63,794 bases of DNA, filler included, from Chiloscyllium plagiosum (GCF_004010195.1; 4 parts of one record of this genome joined end to end with filler, not necessarily neighbours in it); one strand, 5' to 3'. Positions 23,818-36,850 are shown, counted from the first letter of the whole stretch. The notes: a model not told the origin generated them from the sequence alone. Program-made: numbers and translations.

Positions 23818-25794
23818 AAAGAACAAAGAACAAAGAAAATTTACAGCCCAGGAACAGGCCCTTCGGCCCTCCAAGCCTGAGCTGATCCAAATGTACTGTC
23901 TAAACCTGTCGGTCAATCCCTAAGCATTAGTATCCCTCTGCTCCCCACCTACTCATGCATCTGTTCAGACGCACCTTAAATGAATCTACCGTACCTGCCT
24001 CTACCACCCCTGCTAGCAACGCATTCCAAACGCCCACCACCCTCTGTGTGAAGTACTTGCCACGTGTATCCCCCTTAAACTTTCCACCTCTCACCTTGAT
24101 AGCATGATCTCTCATTATTGAATCCTTCACCCTGGGAAAAAGCTTATCTCTATCCACCCTGTCTATGCCCTTCATGATTTTGTAAACCTCAATCAGGTCC
24201 CCCCTCAATCTCCTTTTTTCTAGTGAAAATAAACCTAACCTACTCAACCTCATTCCTTAGCAAGTACCTTCCATACCAGGCAGCATCTTCATAAACCTTC
24301 TCTGCACCCTCTCCAAAGGGTCCACATCCTTTTGGTAATGTGGCGACCAGAACTGTACATAGTATTCTAAATGCGGCCGAACCAATGTCTTGTACAATTT
24401 TAATATGACTTGCCAGCTCTTATACTCAATACCCAGCCAATGAAGGCAAGCATACTATATGCCTTCTTGACCACTCTATATACCTGTGCAGCAACCTTCA
24501 GGGTACAATGGATCTGCACTCCCAGATCTTTCTGCCCATCAACTTTTCTGAAAGCTCTTCCATTCATTGTATAATTTGCTCTAGAATTAGACTTCCCTAA
24601 ATGCATCACCTCACATTTGTCTGGATTGAAAGCCATCTGCCACTTTTCCGCCAACCTCTCCAGTCTATCTACATTCTCCTGTATTTTCTGACAGTCCTTT
24701 ATGCTTTCTGCTACTCTACCAATCTTTGTATCATCTGCAAACTTGCTGATCATACCAACAGTGCCCTCTTCTAGATCATTTATGTATATTACAAACAACA
24801 GTGGCCCCAATACTGACCCCTGTGGAACACCACTGGTCACCTTTCTCCACTTTGAGAAACTCCCTTCAACTCCTACTCTCTGTCTCCTGTTGCTCAACCA
24901 GTTCTTTATCCACCTAGCTAGAACACCCTGAACACCATGTGACTTCACTTTCTCCATTAGTCTATAATGGGGAACCTTATCAAACACCTTACTAAAGTCC
25001 ATGTGTATGACATCTACATCCTTTCCTTCATCTAACAACTTGGTCACTTCCTTGAAGAACTCTATTAATTTGGTAAGGCACAATCTTCCCCGCACAAAAC
25101 CATGTCGCCTATCACTGATAAGCCCATTCTTTTCTAAATATATATCTCTCAGTACCTTCTCCAGCAACTTCCCCACCACCGACGTCAGGCTCATTGGTCT
25201 GTAGTTACCTGGAATATCGCTACTACCCTTCTTGTACAGCGGGACAACATGAGCAAATTTCCAGTCCTCCGGCACCTCACCTGTATTTAAGGATGCCACA
25301 AAGATATCTGTCAGGGCCCCAGTTATTTCCTCTCTCACCTTCCTCAGCAACCTAGGATAGATCCCATCCAGTCCTGGGGATTTGTCCACCTTAATAACCT
25401 CTAGAATACCCAACACATCTTCCCTACTTATGCCAATGTGATCCAGACTAATCAAATTTCTATCTCTAATCTCAAGATTCATCATGTTCCTCTCCTCAGT
25501 GTATACTATGCAAAGTAATCATTCAGAATCTCACCCATTCTCTCAGGTTCGGCACACAGCCTTCCTTCATTATCTTTTAGTGGACCAATCCTTTCTCTAG
25601 TTACCCGCTTGCTTCGTATATAATAATAAAATGCTTTGGGATTCTGCTTAATTCTGCTTGCTAAAGCTGTATCATGACGCCTTTTAGCCCGCTTGATTCC
25701 ATGTTTAAGACTTGCTCTACTCTTCCGATATTCCTCCAGGGCCCGTTCTGTTCTTAGCTGCCTAGACCTTATGTACACTTCCCTTTTCCTCTTG
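23818..25794 (-). mobile_element. Young 5'-truncated CR1 LINE (RT domain plus 3' end)
   Basis: ORF 24400..25485 has [13 protein letters not shown] and SKFADD; C-terminus at 23927..24253; (TTCTTTG)n tail; aattc on both flanks (possible TSD). Confidence 0.95.
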
Positions 25795-26529
25795 GAATTC
25801 CCCTACAGCTTTGAGATGTGATTTCCTGCTTGGTACACAGGTAGTGTGTTTGCCACGTAAGCTGCTGGCACATGGAGTGGATGTGAGATTGATGTAGCAC
25901 AATGCCACACAACAAGTTATAGCTGCCATGACTGAGGGCTGCTGAGCAGCAAGGCAAACTGCCTGATTGTGTATCTACACTAACTGGCACAGCAAGGCAA
26001 GGCAGGGATATTGTGAGTATGCAAGAAGCCGCTAAGTGAGTTCACATTAAAGAGCAAGCAAGCAGTCCATGAGATCCAATATAATCCAATCCTATGACCT
26101 GGGGTTTGCACATGATAAGTGTTTTTGTTACAGCCTTTTAATGTTAGCTACCGTCACATCTTGCAAAGCAAGTCTATACTTCCTGAGCAGTCTGCAAGTA
26201 TATCAAAGAGATGCCATGATGGTCATGGAGCCTGGCAAATTCTAACTACCAATATCTGTGAATGAAGGGTACATGTAGATTTTGGATCATGCTTTGTTGT
26301 TTGATCCTTAGTAACATGGAGGTCCTTTAAATCAAGTGGTGAGTTGAAGTCATCAGGTATCCACTTGGAGCTTCATGTCGAGATTTCTTGATGTTGACTT
26401 TGTTTGGATCATTTGATAAGATAGGAAGCTAAATATTAATGATGTGAGTTGGGCCATTAACAGGATATTTAACAAGCAATAATCTGCTTTAATTGGCAAC
26501 TCACCATTGCCTAATGAGAAATGGCACCC

Positions 26530-27935
26530 TCCTCTTGGCAAGAGTGCAACAGATGGATTGAGATGTTCCCAACGTTGATATTGACCTTGCCAGACCCTTA
26601 TCCAGTTCTCGCACAAATCATGGCATTGCTCCACATTACTCAGACCCTGGTAAGATTTTCCACCCCTTGTTTTTCAGTGTGCCTGCTGCTATTTCTGACA
26701 TATCTTCTTGCACTCTTTATTGAATCAAGGTTAATCTCCGGCCTTGATAGGAGGGGGCTGTTTGTTTATAGATTGTAAGTGAATATGATTCTGTTTTTGC
26801 TGATGCTTCACAATGCCTCAATAATGCCTAGTTTTGAGTTGCTAGATCTGTTTGAAATCAATCCCATTTGGCATGGTGATGGTAATGAGGGGTATCATCG
26901 TGTGAAGGTGGGACTTATTCTTCACAAGAACTGTGCGATGGTCTCTCCAACTGATGCTGCTAAGGACAGACAAATCTGTGAAACACAACTTGGTGAAGAT
27001 GAGGTCAAGTAGGTTTTCCATATTGTTGGTTCTTTAATTATTGCTGCTAGACTAGATCTGTGGCAATGTCCTTCAACACTTGGCCAGCTCGGCCAATCAT
27101 GGTGCTGCTGAGCCATTCTTGCTGATGGAACGTGAAGTCCCCCACCCAGAATATATTCTGAGCCAATGCAACCTTTGTTTTTCCATCAATGGTAAAGGTG
27201 TAAAACATGGATGAGTACTTTTTCACCAAGTAAGTTGGGGATGGGTTGGGAGGGTTAGTGGGATCAGGAGGCCTACTTGCTTTACATGTGACTTCATGGG
27301 GTTCCAGAGACAACGTTAAAGATTCCCAGGGTGAATCTCTCCCAACTGTACATCACTATGTCATAGAATCATAGATTAGAATCCTTACAGGGCACAAAGA
27401 AGCCATTTGGCTCACCAAAACCTCTGAACAGCAACCCACTTTGTTGTAGTAAACCCACCCTATCCCTGTAACCCAGCATTTGCAATGATCAATCCACCTA
27501 ACCTGCACATCCCTGGATACTATGGGAAAAGTAACATAGTCCAATCCATCTAACCTGCACATCTTTGGAAAACTCATGAAGAGACAGAAGAATGTGCAAA
27601 CATTACACAACCAGTCAGATTTGAAACCAGATCCCTGGCACTGTGAGACAGCAGTGCTAACCACTGAGCCACCTCTTCTGGGCTTGTTTTGCTAGTGGGA
27701 CAAGCTATACCCAAGGATGGTAATGATGGTATTTGGGACATTTTTTTAAGTTATGGTTCCAAGAGAATGATTATGTTAGGTTGTTGTTTGACTACTATGT
27801 GTGACAGCTCTATCAGTTTTGGGACAAACCACCATGAGTTAGTAAGAAGTATTCTGAGGTTCAACTGAACTGGGTTTACTATTGTTATTTACAGCTCCTC
27901 TGTGATGTAGAGTGATGCATCTGGTTTTATTCCTC
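26530..27935 (-). mobile_element. Old LINE endonuclease region with a nested HE1 SINE (27358-27672, -)
   Basis: ALAQNIFWVGDFTFHQQEWL..LAAIIKEPT APE-type motifs. The SINE reverse complement has a ggctcagtggttagcactgct head. Confidence 0.75.
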
Positions 27936-28074
27936 CCATAAGATCGAACCTTGTCAGGATCAGTAATGTAGGCTATGGTGAGAATTGTGACAGAATCAGA
28001 TGAGATGTCTAACAGGGCCTATCTCAATGTTGGAAGCATTTTGCTCCATCTTTTATGTTATTGCTAATCAGTGA

Positions 28075-29760
28075 GATGAGTTTCTCATTAGGCAGCAGCA
28101 AGTTGCCAATTAAGAGGGGTTATAGTTTGTGAAGCACTTTACTAAGGCACAACTTGCCTTATAAATGTTCAATTTCCTATCTTACCAAACATGCCATCAA
28201 GCTAGACATCAAGTCATCACAACATGGAAGTCAGAGCAGGTACCTGGGACTTCATTTTGCTGCTGATAATGAGAAGCCTCCATGTTATTTGCTCCAAACA
28301 GCATCATGACACACTTCATGGGCACAATCTACATGTATCCCTTCTCCACAAACACTGGTGTCCAGCCTTTGCGAACTGCTCGCAATCATTGTGGCACCTC
28401 TCCAATGCACGTGCAGGACGCTGTACAGATCAGACCTGTATTTCAGGGAGCACGTGCAGGACGCTGTACAGATCAGATCTGTATTTCAGGGAGCACGTGC
28501 AGGACGCTGTATAGATCAGATCTGTATTTCAGGGAGCATAGCAACTAGCATTGAATCACTGCAGGATGGACACTGTACACAGGGACAGGCATCGATGTAA
28601 CAAACTGAACCAGACAGAAAATCAAATTGCCTGAGTGCTCTCTTAGAACTCACTCACTGAACGCCTACATACACTTTTTCAAGATCCATGCCTTGTGATA
28701 CCTACAATGCTGTACCAGTTACTGCACTGGTATTTCAGCCAGTGCCCAAAGGCTCTCACTACAGCTGTATTGACAAGCTCTTTTGTGCAGGCTCATAGAC
28801 AGATGGCTTGTCAGGAGGAAATTGTCCAAGGTGAGGGGACACCAAGATATCAATCTTACACCTGCCGCATGTGTCAGCTGCCTGAAGTGGCAAACTTTAT
28901 TTAACCAAAAAGCCATGTTGAAAGTGTATGCAGGTTAGTCCTCAGTCCAGTCAAGCTGGGAGGTGGATGGATGTCACTGTAGGTTATGGCATCCTGGTAC
29001 CATTGTCAGGGATGCTATCCACACACATGGGCTAAGTTATAGTCAATCGTCAACTTGAGATGTTCACGATCATGGGACCTGGTCAATTTCACTCCAGAGA
29101 GTCATCAACAGTCTGTCCAATAGGGCCAGCAGCAGTAGTCATGGCAGCAAACTTTTGTTGGTCAGGGAGCTGAAAAGTCAATGCTTGAGGTCTGGTCAAT
29201 TATGTCTAGGCTGCACATCAATGTCAGTCAGAAACAAGAGAGGAATGTTGTCCCAAGGGTGTGTCTATCAATTGTTAAGGAAGATGCAAGGGTGGACTGT
29301 AGGAGCAGTGTGCAGAAACATTGCCAATAGACGTGGGGCTGTCAAGGCTTGAGGAGAATGCAAAGATAATTGTGGAGTCAGGAAATTCAGGGTGAATGCA
29401 AATATTCATCTGAGGCCATATAGATGACTGAAGAGGGATTATTGACCATAACCACCACTACAGCTGCTACAAGGGAAATGTACAGGAGTAGAATAGACAT
29501 CATTAATGTTTAATGTTGGATCTTTAAGGGTTAGGCGCATCAGAAATGGACTGTTGACACAATGAGAAGTAAGATGGGACATGGAGCCTCTGGGAAGGAT
29601 CTGGCAACTTAGCAGAGCTCAGTGCTTAAGATGGCCACCATGAGCTGATTTCCTGTCCTTACTTGCTATTGTCAAGATAGATAATGGAACCGGAAAATGG
29701 CTCATGTGGTTGAAGTCAGAGTCACTTTGATGGGCAAAAGTGTGGGATTCATGTCAGCCA
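28075..29760 (+). mobile_element. Decayed Harbinger-like element, 5' end and transposase N-terminal remnant
   Basis: PRYQSYTCRMCQLPEV / KLYLTKK / VESVCRLV..GGGW at ~28830-28980 echoes the Harbinger N-terminal motif series. The right boundary is uncertain. Confidence 0.45.
28407..28538 (+). repeat. Near-perfect 3 x 43-bp tandem repeat
   Basis: GCACGTGCAGGACGCTGTAYAGATCAGAYCTGTATTTCAGGGA starting at 28407, 28450 and 28493; only two variable positions. Confidence 0.97.
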
Positions 29761-30048
29761 GGTGTTAGGACATTGAAGAGTCGAAAACATGAAGCATGGG
29801 TTAACAAATACCAACTATGTCTTATATGTAAACATTTCTTCACATATATGCAATGCATGCATAGTGAAGTACAATGTATCAAAAGCTAGTCAAAGGTAGA
29901 TTGCAACATGCCATTTGTGCTGGCTAAATGAATATTATTATGTCAAAAATGTTAGAGTTGGCAGCAGTAGCTTAAAAGGAGGTGAATCTTGTTTAAAAAC
30001 CACCCCATAACTTGTGTAACTTACAAGATCCCTGCATGAAATCTCATA

Positions 30049-30223
30049 CGGAGGAACCGCGATTATCCGAACGGCACAGGTGGGGAGTATTTTGCTTGGA
30101 TAGTTGAATGCTGGATAATCGAATGCCGGATAACACAGTTTAGCCAAGCAGCGGGATCTTGCGACCTTGTTCGGATAATCCGAAATTCGAATAATCGAAT
30201 GCCGGATAATCAAGGTTCCTCTG
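30049..30223. mobile_element. Tc1/mariner (Tigger/pogo-type) MITE
   Basis: TA TSD; TIRs cggaggaaccgcgattatccg / cggataatcaaggttcctctg; internal ggataatc subrepeats. Confidence 0.85.
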
Positions 30224-30280
30224 TATAGATATGATAATGGACTGTATTGAATGCACTGGATAGTTAAATATTTGAAGTGG

Positions 30281-31997
30281 GTCATAGAGTCATAGAGTCA
30301 TATGGCACAGAAACTGACCCTTTGGTTCAACTTATCCGTGTCGACCAGGTTTCCCAAACTAACTTCGTCCCATTTGCCTGCATTTGGCCCATATCCCGCT
30401 AAACCTCACCTTCATCTACCACTTCCTCTGGCAGTTCATTCCATATATGCACCACCCTCTGTGTGAGAAAATTACCCCTTGAGTCCTTTTTAAATCTTTC
30501 CCCTCTCACATTAAAATTATGATGTCTAATTTTGAACTCTCCTTTGCTAAGGAAAAGACCTTAACTGTTCACCTTATCTATGCCCCTCATGACTTTATAA
30601 ACCATTATAAGGTAAGCCTTCAACCTCCTATGCTCCAGGGAAAAAAGAACCAGTCTATCCAACCTCTCCTTATAACTCAAACCCCCACAGTCCTGGTGAC
30701 ATCCTTATTAATTTTTTCCATACCTTTTTAAATTTAATAACATCCTTCTATAGCAGGGTGACCAAAATGTACAGAGTACTCTAAAAGTAACCTCCCCAAA
30801 ATCCTGTACAGCTGCTCCATGTTGTTCCAACTCCTTTACTCTGACCAATGAAGGCAAGCATATCAAACACCTTCTTCACCATCCTGTCTCCCTGTGTTGC
30901 CACTTTCAAGGAACTATGTATTATGAACTCCTAGGTCTCTCTAGTTGACAATGCTCCTCAGGGCCCTACCATTTACTGTGTAAATCCTGCCCTTGTTTGT
31001 TTTACCAAAATGCAACACCTCACATTTATCTACATTAAACTCATCTGTCACTCCTCGGCTCATTAGCCCAGCAAATCAAGTTCCTGTTGTACTGTTAGAT
31101 AATCTTCTTCACTCTCCACTATACCAACAATTTTGGTGCCATCTTCAAAATTATTAACCATGCTTCCTATATTCTCACCCAAATCATTTATATAAATGAT
31201 AAACATCAATGGACGCAGCACAGACCCCTGCAGAACACTGCTGGCCACAGGTCTCCAGGCCAAAAAGCAATACTCCACTCCCACCTCTGTCACCTAACGT
31301 CAAGCCACTTTTGTACCAAATTGGAAAACCCTCCCTGAATCCCAAGTGGTCTCACTTTATTAACCAGTCTGAAACATGGAACCTTGTCATAGACCTTGTT
31401 AAGTTTCATGTAGATAACATCTAACACTCTGCCCTCAACTATGTTCTTGGTATATCCTGAAAAATGCTGAAAAATGTGTTGCTGGAAAAGCACAGTAGGT
31501 CAGGCAGCATCCAAGGAGCAGGAGAATCGACGTTTCAGGCATAAGCTTCAGGCTTATGCCCGAAATGTCGATTTTCTTGCTCCTTGGATGCTGTCTGACC
31601 TGCTGCGCTTTTCCAGCAACACATTTTCCAGCTCTGATCTCCAGCATCTGCAGTCCTCACTTTCTCCGAGTTGATTTTAACATCCTGAAAAATTCAATCT
31701 AGTTTGTGAGAACGATTTCCCATACACAAAGCCATGCTGACTCTCCCTAATCAGTCCTTACCTCTCCAAATACATCTAAATCCTATCGTTCAGAACCCCC
31801 TCCAACAACTTATCTACCACTGATGTCAGACTCACTGGTGTAAGTTTCTCAGGCTTTTTCTTGCAGCCATTCTTTACTAAAGGAACAACATTAGCCACTC
31901 CCTAGTCTTTCAACACCTAAACCGTGGCTGTATAAGGCACAAGTATATTTGCTAGGGGGCCCACCATTACTTACCTAGCTTCCCGCAATGTCCTCGG
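30281..31997 (-). mobile_element. CR1 RT and 3' end with a nested palindromic pLTR
   Basis: VLQGSVLRPLMFIIYINDL; (GAGTCATA)n tail on the left. Confidence 0.9.
31466..31681. mobile_element. Palindromic Penelope family 2 pLTR insertion with 12-bp TSD
   Basis: Inverted arms of ~80 bp centred on gcataagc-ttcag-gcttatgc; ATCCTGAAAAAT at 31454-31465 and 31682-31693. Confidence 0.85.
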
Positions 31998-31998
31998 C

Positions 31999-33265
31999 TG
32001 ATTTGGAGATGCTGGTAAGATTTTAAGACACAGGATTTATAGCAAAAGTTTACAGTGTGATGTAACTGAAAATTTATATTGAAAAAGACCTGGATTGTTT
32101 GTTCAGTCTCTCATCTTTTAGAATGTCTATGTTGGTTTCAGTTCTTTCACATGTAAATCGCAAATCCTTTTTTAAAAGTTACATTCTGAAGTGAACTTTA
32201 ACAATTGGTGTCATGTCAGCCCAGATAATATATTGAAGGTGTGAACTTCTCTGTGTGAGGCTGTCTGTGCTGCAATGGTCAGACTGATTCTAAATTATAT
32301 AAATTCATTCAGTTTTGAGCAAAGTAAAATGTAATTATGCAAGTACAGATTCACCCCACAAACTTATATATGTGTGTGTGTGTGTGTGGGGTGGAGGGGG
32401 GGGAGTGTTATGAGTGTCTGTGAGAGAGTGTGGGTATGTGAGTGTAAATGGGTATAAGTCTGTAAGAGGGTGTGTGTGGGAATGTATGTGTGAGAATGTG
32501 AGAGAGGCTCTGCATGAGCGTGTGTAGGAGTGTGTGTGTGTGTTTATAAGTAGGAGTGTCTGTGTGTGTCCGTCTGTCTGCGTGTGTCCGTCTGTCTGGA
32601 TGTGTGTATAGTGCAATGGGGTCACCTGTAATGTGACATGAACCCAAGGTCCTGGTTGAGGCTGTCCTCATGGGTACCAAACGTAGCTATCAGCCTCTAC
32701 TCGGCCACTTTTCATTGTTGCCTGTCCTGAAGTCCGCCTTGGAGGACAGTCACCCGAAGGTCAAATGTCCTGGATGGCTGAAGTGTTCTCCGACTGGGAG
32801 GAAACACTCCTGTTTGTTGATTGATGGGAGGTATCTCCGTGTGTAATGGTGGTATCCCTGAGTACTTGGCACTTGGAAGTACTTAGAAACGCTCTCATAA
32901 GAACAGGGTAATGTGCTTAACTCATCGATTGCCAGTTCTGACGTGCCACAGCTGGAACTGTAATGACCTCCTCAGGAGACAGACATGAACTGCACCTGAC
33001 AGGATACCTTTCGTTGTCCAGTACTTCCCAGGAGCCGAAAAACCACGCCATGTTCTTCGTGGCCTGCAACACATTATCAATGAGCATGAGCAGCTCGCCA
33101 AGACCTTCCCCACGCCTCCACTTCTCACCTTTAAACAACCACCAAACCTCAAACAGATCATTGTTCGTAGAAATTTGCCCAGCTTTCAGGATGATACCAT
33201 ACAACCTTGCCACAGTAGATGCTGTAAGACATGTCGGAATGTTGACACAGATACCACCATTACAT
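31999..33265 (-). mobile_element. Penelope-like family 1 element with 5' inversion
   Basis: Minus strand PVGEHFSHPGH..VTVLQGGLQD..RLIATFGTHEDSLNQD (endonuclease C-terminus). 32857-33265 reads on + as IPFVVQYFPG..PPLLTFKQPPNLKQIIV..PCHSRCCKTC. Confidence 0.85.
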
Positions 33266-33267
33266 AG

Positions 33268-33565
33268 ATAGAGTCATAGAGTCATAGAGTCATACAGGTG
33301 TACAACATGGAAACAGACTTTCAGTCCAACACGTCCATGCCGACCAGATATTCCAACTCAATCTAGTCTCACCTGCCAGCGCCCGGCCCTTATCCCTCCA
33401 AACCCTTCCTATTCATATACCCATCAAAATGCCTCTTAAATGTTGCAATTGTACCAGCCTCCACCACTTCCTCTGGCAGCTCATTCCATACACATACCAC
33501 CCTCTGCGTGAAAAAGTTGCCCCCTCGGTCTCTTTTATATCTTTCCCCTCTCACCCTAAACCTAT
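33268..33565 (-). mobile_element. Young CR1 3' end
   Basis: (GAGTCATA)n tail and ORF2 C-terminus; ends at a gap. Confidence 0.9.
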
Positions 33566-33665
33566 NNNNNNNNNNNNNNNNNNNNNNNNNNNNNNNNNNN
33601 NNNNNNNNNTTAATTAATTAANNNNNNNNNNNNNNNNNNNNNNNNNNNNNNNNNNNNNNNNNNNN

Positions 33666-33880
33666 GGTGGGGTCATGGTCGAGGGGGCAGTAGGAAGAGG
33701 TGTCCTCGAGTTGGCGTTTGGCTTCAGCGGTGTAGAGGTCAGTGCGCCAGACTACCACTGCGCCCCCTTTATCCGCTGGCTTAATGGTGAGGTTGGGATT
33801 AAAGCAGAGGGATTGGAGGGCTGCGCGTTGTGAGGGTGAAAGGTTGGAGTGGGGGAGGGGGGTCGACATGTTGAGGTGGT
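33666..33880 (-). mobile_element. Penelope family 2 RT N-terminal fragment
   Basis: SNLSPSQRAALQSL..LTIKPADKGGAVVVW. Confidence 0.9.
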
Positions 33881-36213
33881 TTCCTCATATATTAAAGTCA
33901 ATCTTTCTCTGTTCCTTCTCTGTCACTCTACTACTAAATTCTGCACTCTGTTCTGTTATTCTGATGTACTTATGTAAAGTATGATTTATCTGGTTAGCAC
34001 ACAATACAATACTTTTCACTTTATGAAAATAAATCGAATCAAATCAAGTCAAATCACAATTGGTAATGTCAGGTTAGGTGACCAAAGGCTTGATCAAAGA
34101 CATAGACTTTAAGGACATGAGAGAGAAGTAGAATTTGGTGAGCTTTTGGAAACAAATATAAGAGCTAAGGGAATAAGCAGCTAATGTATAGTGTCAATGC
34201 TCGGTTGGCTGGATGGCTAGTTTACAATAAGCATGGATTCAATACCTGCACTAGCTGGCATTACCATAAAGGAGTCTTCTTCCTAAATCTCCACTTGCCT
34301 AGTTGTGGTAAATCTTGGATGAAACTGCCACCATTCATCTCTCTCTCTCTCTCTCTCTCTCTATCTAATGAGAGAACAGCCCCATAATTGGATAAGACTG
34401 TGGTGTCTTTACCTTTACAATGCTGGGTTGCTTGAAATTGTAGCTGTGCAAGACTCCAGAATATAAGGATAGTGGATGTTTGTGGAAGTGGAGGAGATTA
34501 CAGAGATAGGGCTGGGTATGGCCATGAAGGAACTTGAAAATGTGAGACATTTTTACATTCAAAGAAATTTCTGACTGGGAGCCAATATAGGTTATGAACA
34601 CAGGAATGATTTTCTAAACATCTTGTTTTGTCTGGTCGAGGATGCAGATATAGTTCGACGCTGAGGTCAGCAATCCAGGAAACAGTTACAAAAGACATAA
34701 TGTAAATGGTGCAGATGCTATGAGGACTGGATTTCTCAATGCAAGACTTCAGCCTGTGAGTGATTGTCTGACCTGGATAACCACAGTCACAATTTGAGTT
34801 GATCTTCATGTTTTAGCTATAGGGCAAGGTGATCATATCTTTCACTGCACACCCCCCTCATGTGTTTAATAATTGCTCAGAATTTCTGTGGAAGATTGAA
34901 ACCTAGAACATGACAGGACAGTTACTATTTTGCTGTTAGTAATATTTGCAGTCCAGGAGTTGAACTTTACCGGGCTACATTAGTTTGTAAGATGCACAGT
35001 TTTCCAGTAGGAGTACATTGTGCTGAGTATTTGGGTTGATTCTGAGGTCCTGTATCCTTTGGTAATGTTTTGTTAACTGTCAATCCATGGTGGTTTTTGA
35101 GGAGGATTTTTTAAAACATAATTTCAAATATTGACAGTCAAGATAATCATGTTCAAAGAAAATCTACAAATAGGAAACAATTCGAGTCACTGTCTTTAAA
35201 TGTTGGAATTATGACAAGCTGCACTTTACATAGCAATGGAGATATCCACCATGATATTTCTGTAACATATTGCCCAGTCTCCCATCCACCCCCCACCACC
35301 ACCGGCCACATCAACTCTTTAAGTTGTTTCTGCTGATGAGTAGGGCAAGAAAGTAGATTCAGGTTCTTAGTCCAATCCAAACAGAATGTGGATTGAGCCC
35401 ATACTTTTGGCACCAATCTTATGTACACCAGACAAATGAGCCAACGAACTATGAGCCACGGTCTGAGATGCTGTGGCAACATGCACTTTAATATAGAACA
35501 CAACCTGGAACTTTGGATACTGATGGTAAAGTCTCCAATTCCATTCCAATTACATTGCTGAGCTGGTATTTGTCCCACTCTTAATGCCTGACATCGGCAT
35601 GCTTGGAAGCATTTAGAAGTTAACATTCAAGTCAATGAATGTTATAGAAACACTTTTCTTTGCCATGATGACCTGGACTGAAATTTGAACCCAGTATTTA
35701 GAAGAAGGAACCCTACCCATTGCATCAGAAGAACTCCTTGTAATAATTGCATTGAAGTTAGCAAGAGAAGGTTGCCAAGTTGAATGGGATTTGGTATGTG
35801 TGAGAATGTGGGGATTGAAATTTTATCTGATTTGTAGGTTACTGATGGTGGAAACTATGAGTTGGTCAGGAGAACATTAGAATAAGCTGTTCATTCACCT
35901 GTTATCTTTACTTTTCAAAAAGGTTTTTACCATCTCCCAGTGCCTTTGTGTACCATCACTTAAAGGGCTGAAATAGCTCAAGAAGAATGCTCACTGACAC
36001 CTCTTCAGGTGTAGCCTATAAATTCTACCTGAATAAGGGTGTTCTTGTCCCGGGAACTGGTCTTAACAGCTTGAGGCACAATCAACAATTGTGGAGTGAA
36101 AGATGCTCGGGAGTGCATAGATTTAGAATACTTTCAGCCATAAAGTTCAACGTCAAATGCAGGCCAGAATGCCCTGACACCTCAAACATAGCTAGCCTGG
36201 CTGCAAACCTCAC

Positions 36214-36850
36214 TCATAGAGTCATAGAGATGTACAGCATGGAAACTGACCCTTCGGTCCAACGCGTCCATGCCGACCAGATATCCCAACCCAATCTAGC
36301 CCGGCCCATATCCCTCCAAACTCTTCCTATTCATATACCCATCCAAATGCCTCTTAAATGTTGCAATTGCACCAGCCACCACCACTTCCTTTGGCAGCTC
36401 ATTCCATACACGTACCACCCTCTGTGTGAAAAAGTTGCCCAGTAGGGCTCTTTTATATCTTTCCCCTCTCACCCTAAACCTATGCCCTCTAGTTCTAGAC
36501 TCCCTGACCCCAGGGAAAATACATTGTCTATTTACCCTATCCATGCCCCTCATAATTTTGCAAACCTCGATAAGGTCACTCCTCAGCCTCCGACGCTCCA
36601 GGGAAAACAGCCCCAACCTGTTCAGCCTCTCCCTATAGCTCAAATCCTCCAACCCTGGCAACATCCTTGTAAATCTTTTCTGAACCCTTTCAAGTTTCAC
36701 AACATCTTTCCGACAGGACGAAGACCAGAATTGCATGCAATATTTCAACAGTGGCCTAACCAATGTCCTGTATAGCCGCAACATGACCTCCCAACTCCTG
36801 TACTCAATACTCTGACCAATAAAAGAAAGCATATCAAATACCTTCTTCAC
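36214..36850 (-). mobile_element. CR1 3' end (open ORF2 C-terminus)
   Basis: ORF 36296..36868: LYRTLVRPLLKYCMQFW..LERRRLRSDLIEV..WNELP; GAGTCATA tail. Confidence 0.92.

Larger units (their letters stand above)
22470..26525. mobile_element. Decayed Harbinger-like element (partner-ORF remnant on +, transposase 5' region on -) split by a MITE and a CR1
   Basis: 22470-23300(+) encodes low-complexity S/T/A/P-rich peptide resembling Harbinger partner proteins. 25830-26525 is the reverse-complement homologue of 28075-28900, which leads into a transposase-like N-terminus. Confidence 0.45.

Noticed and set aside
28407..28538. CRISPR-like appearance of the 43-bp repeats
   Set aside because: The units are directly adjacent with no unique spacers, there are no cas genes, and the context is vertebrate.
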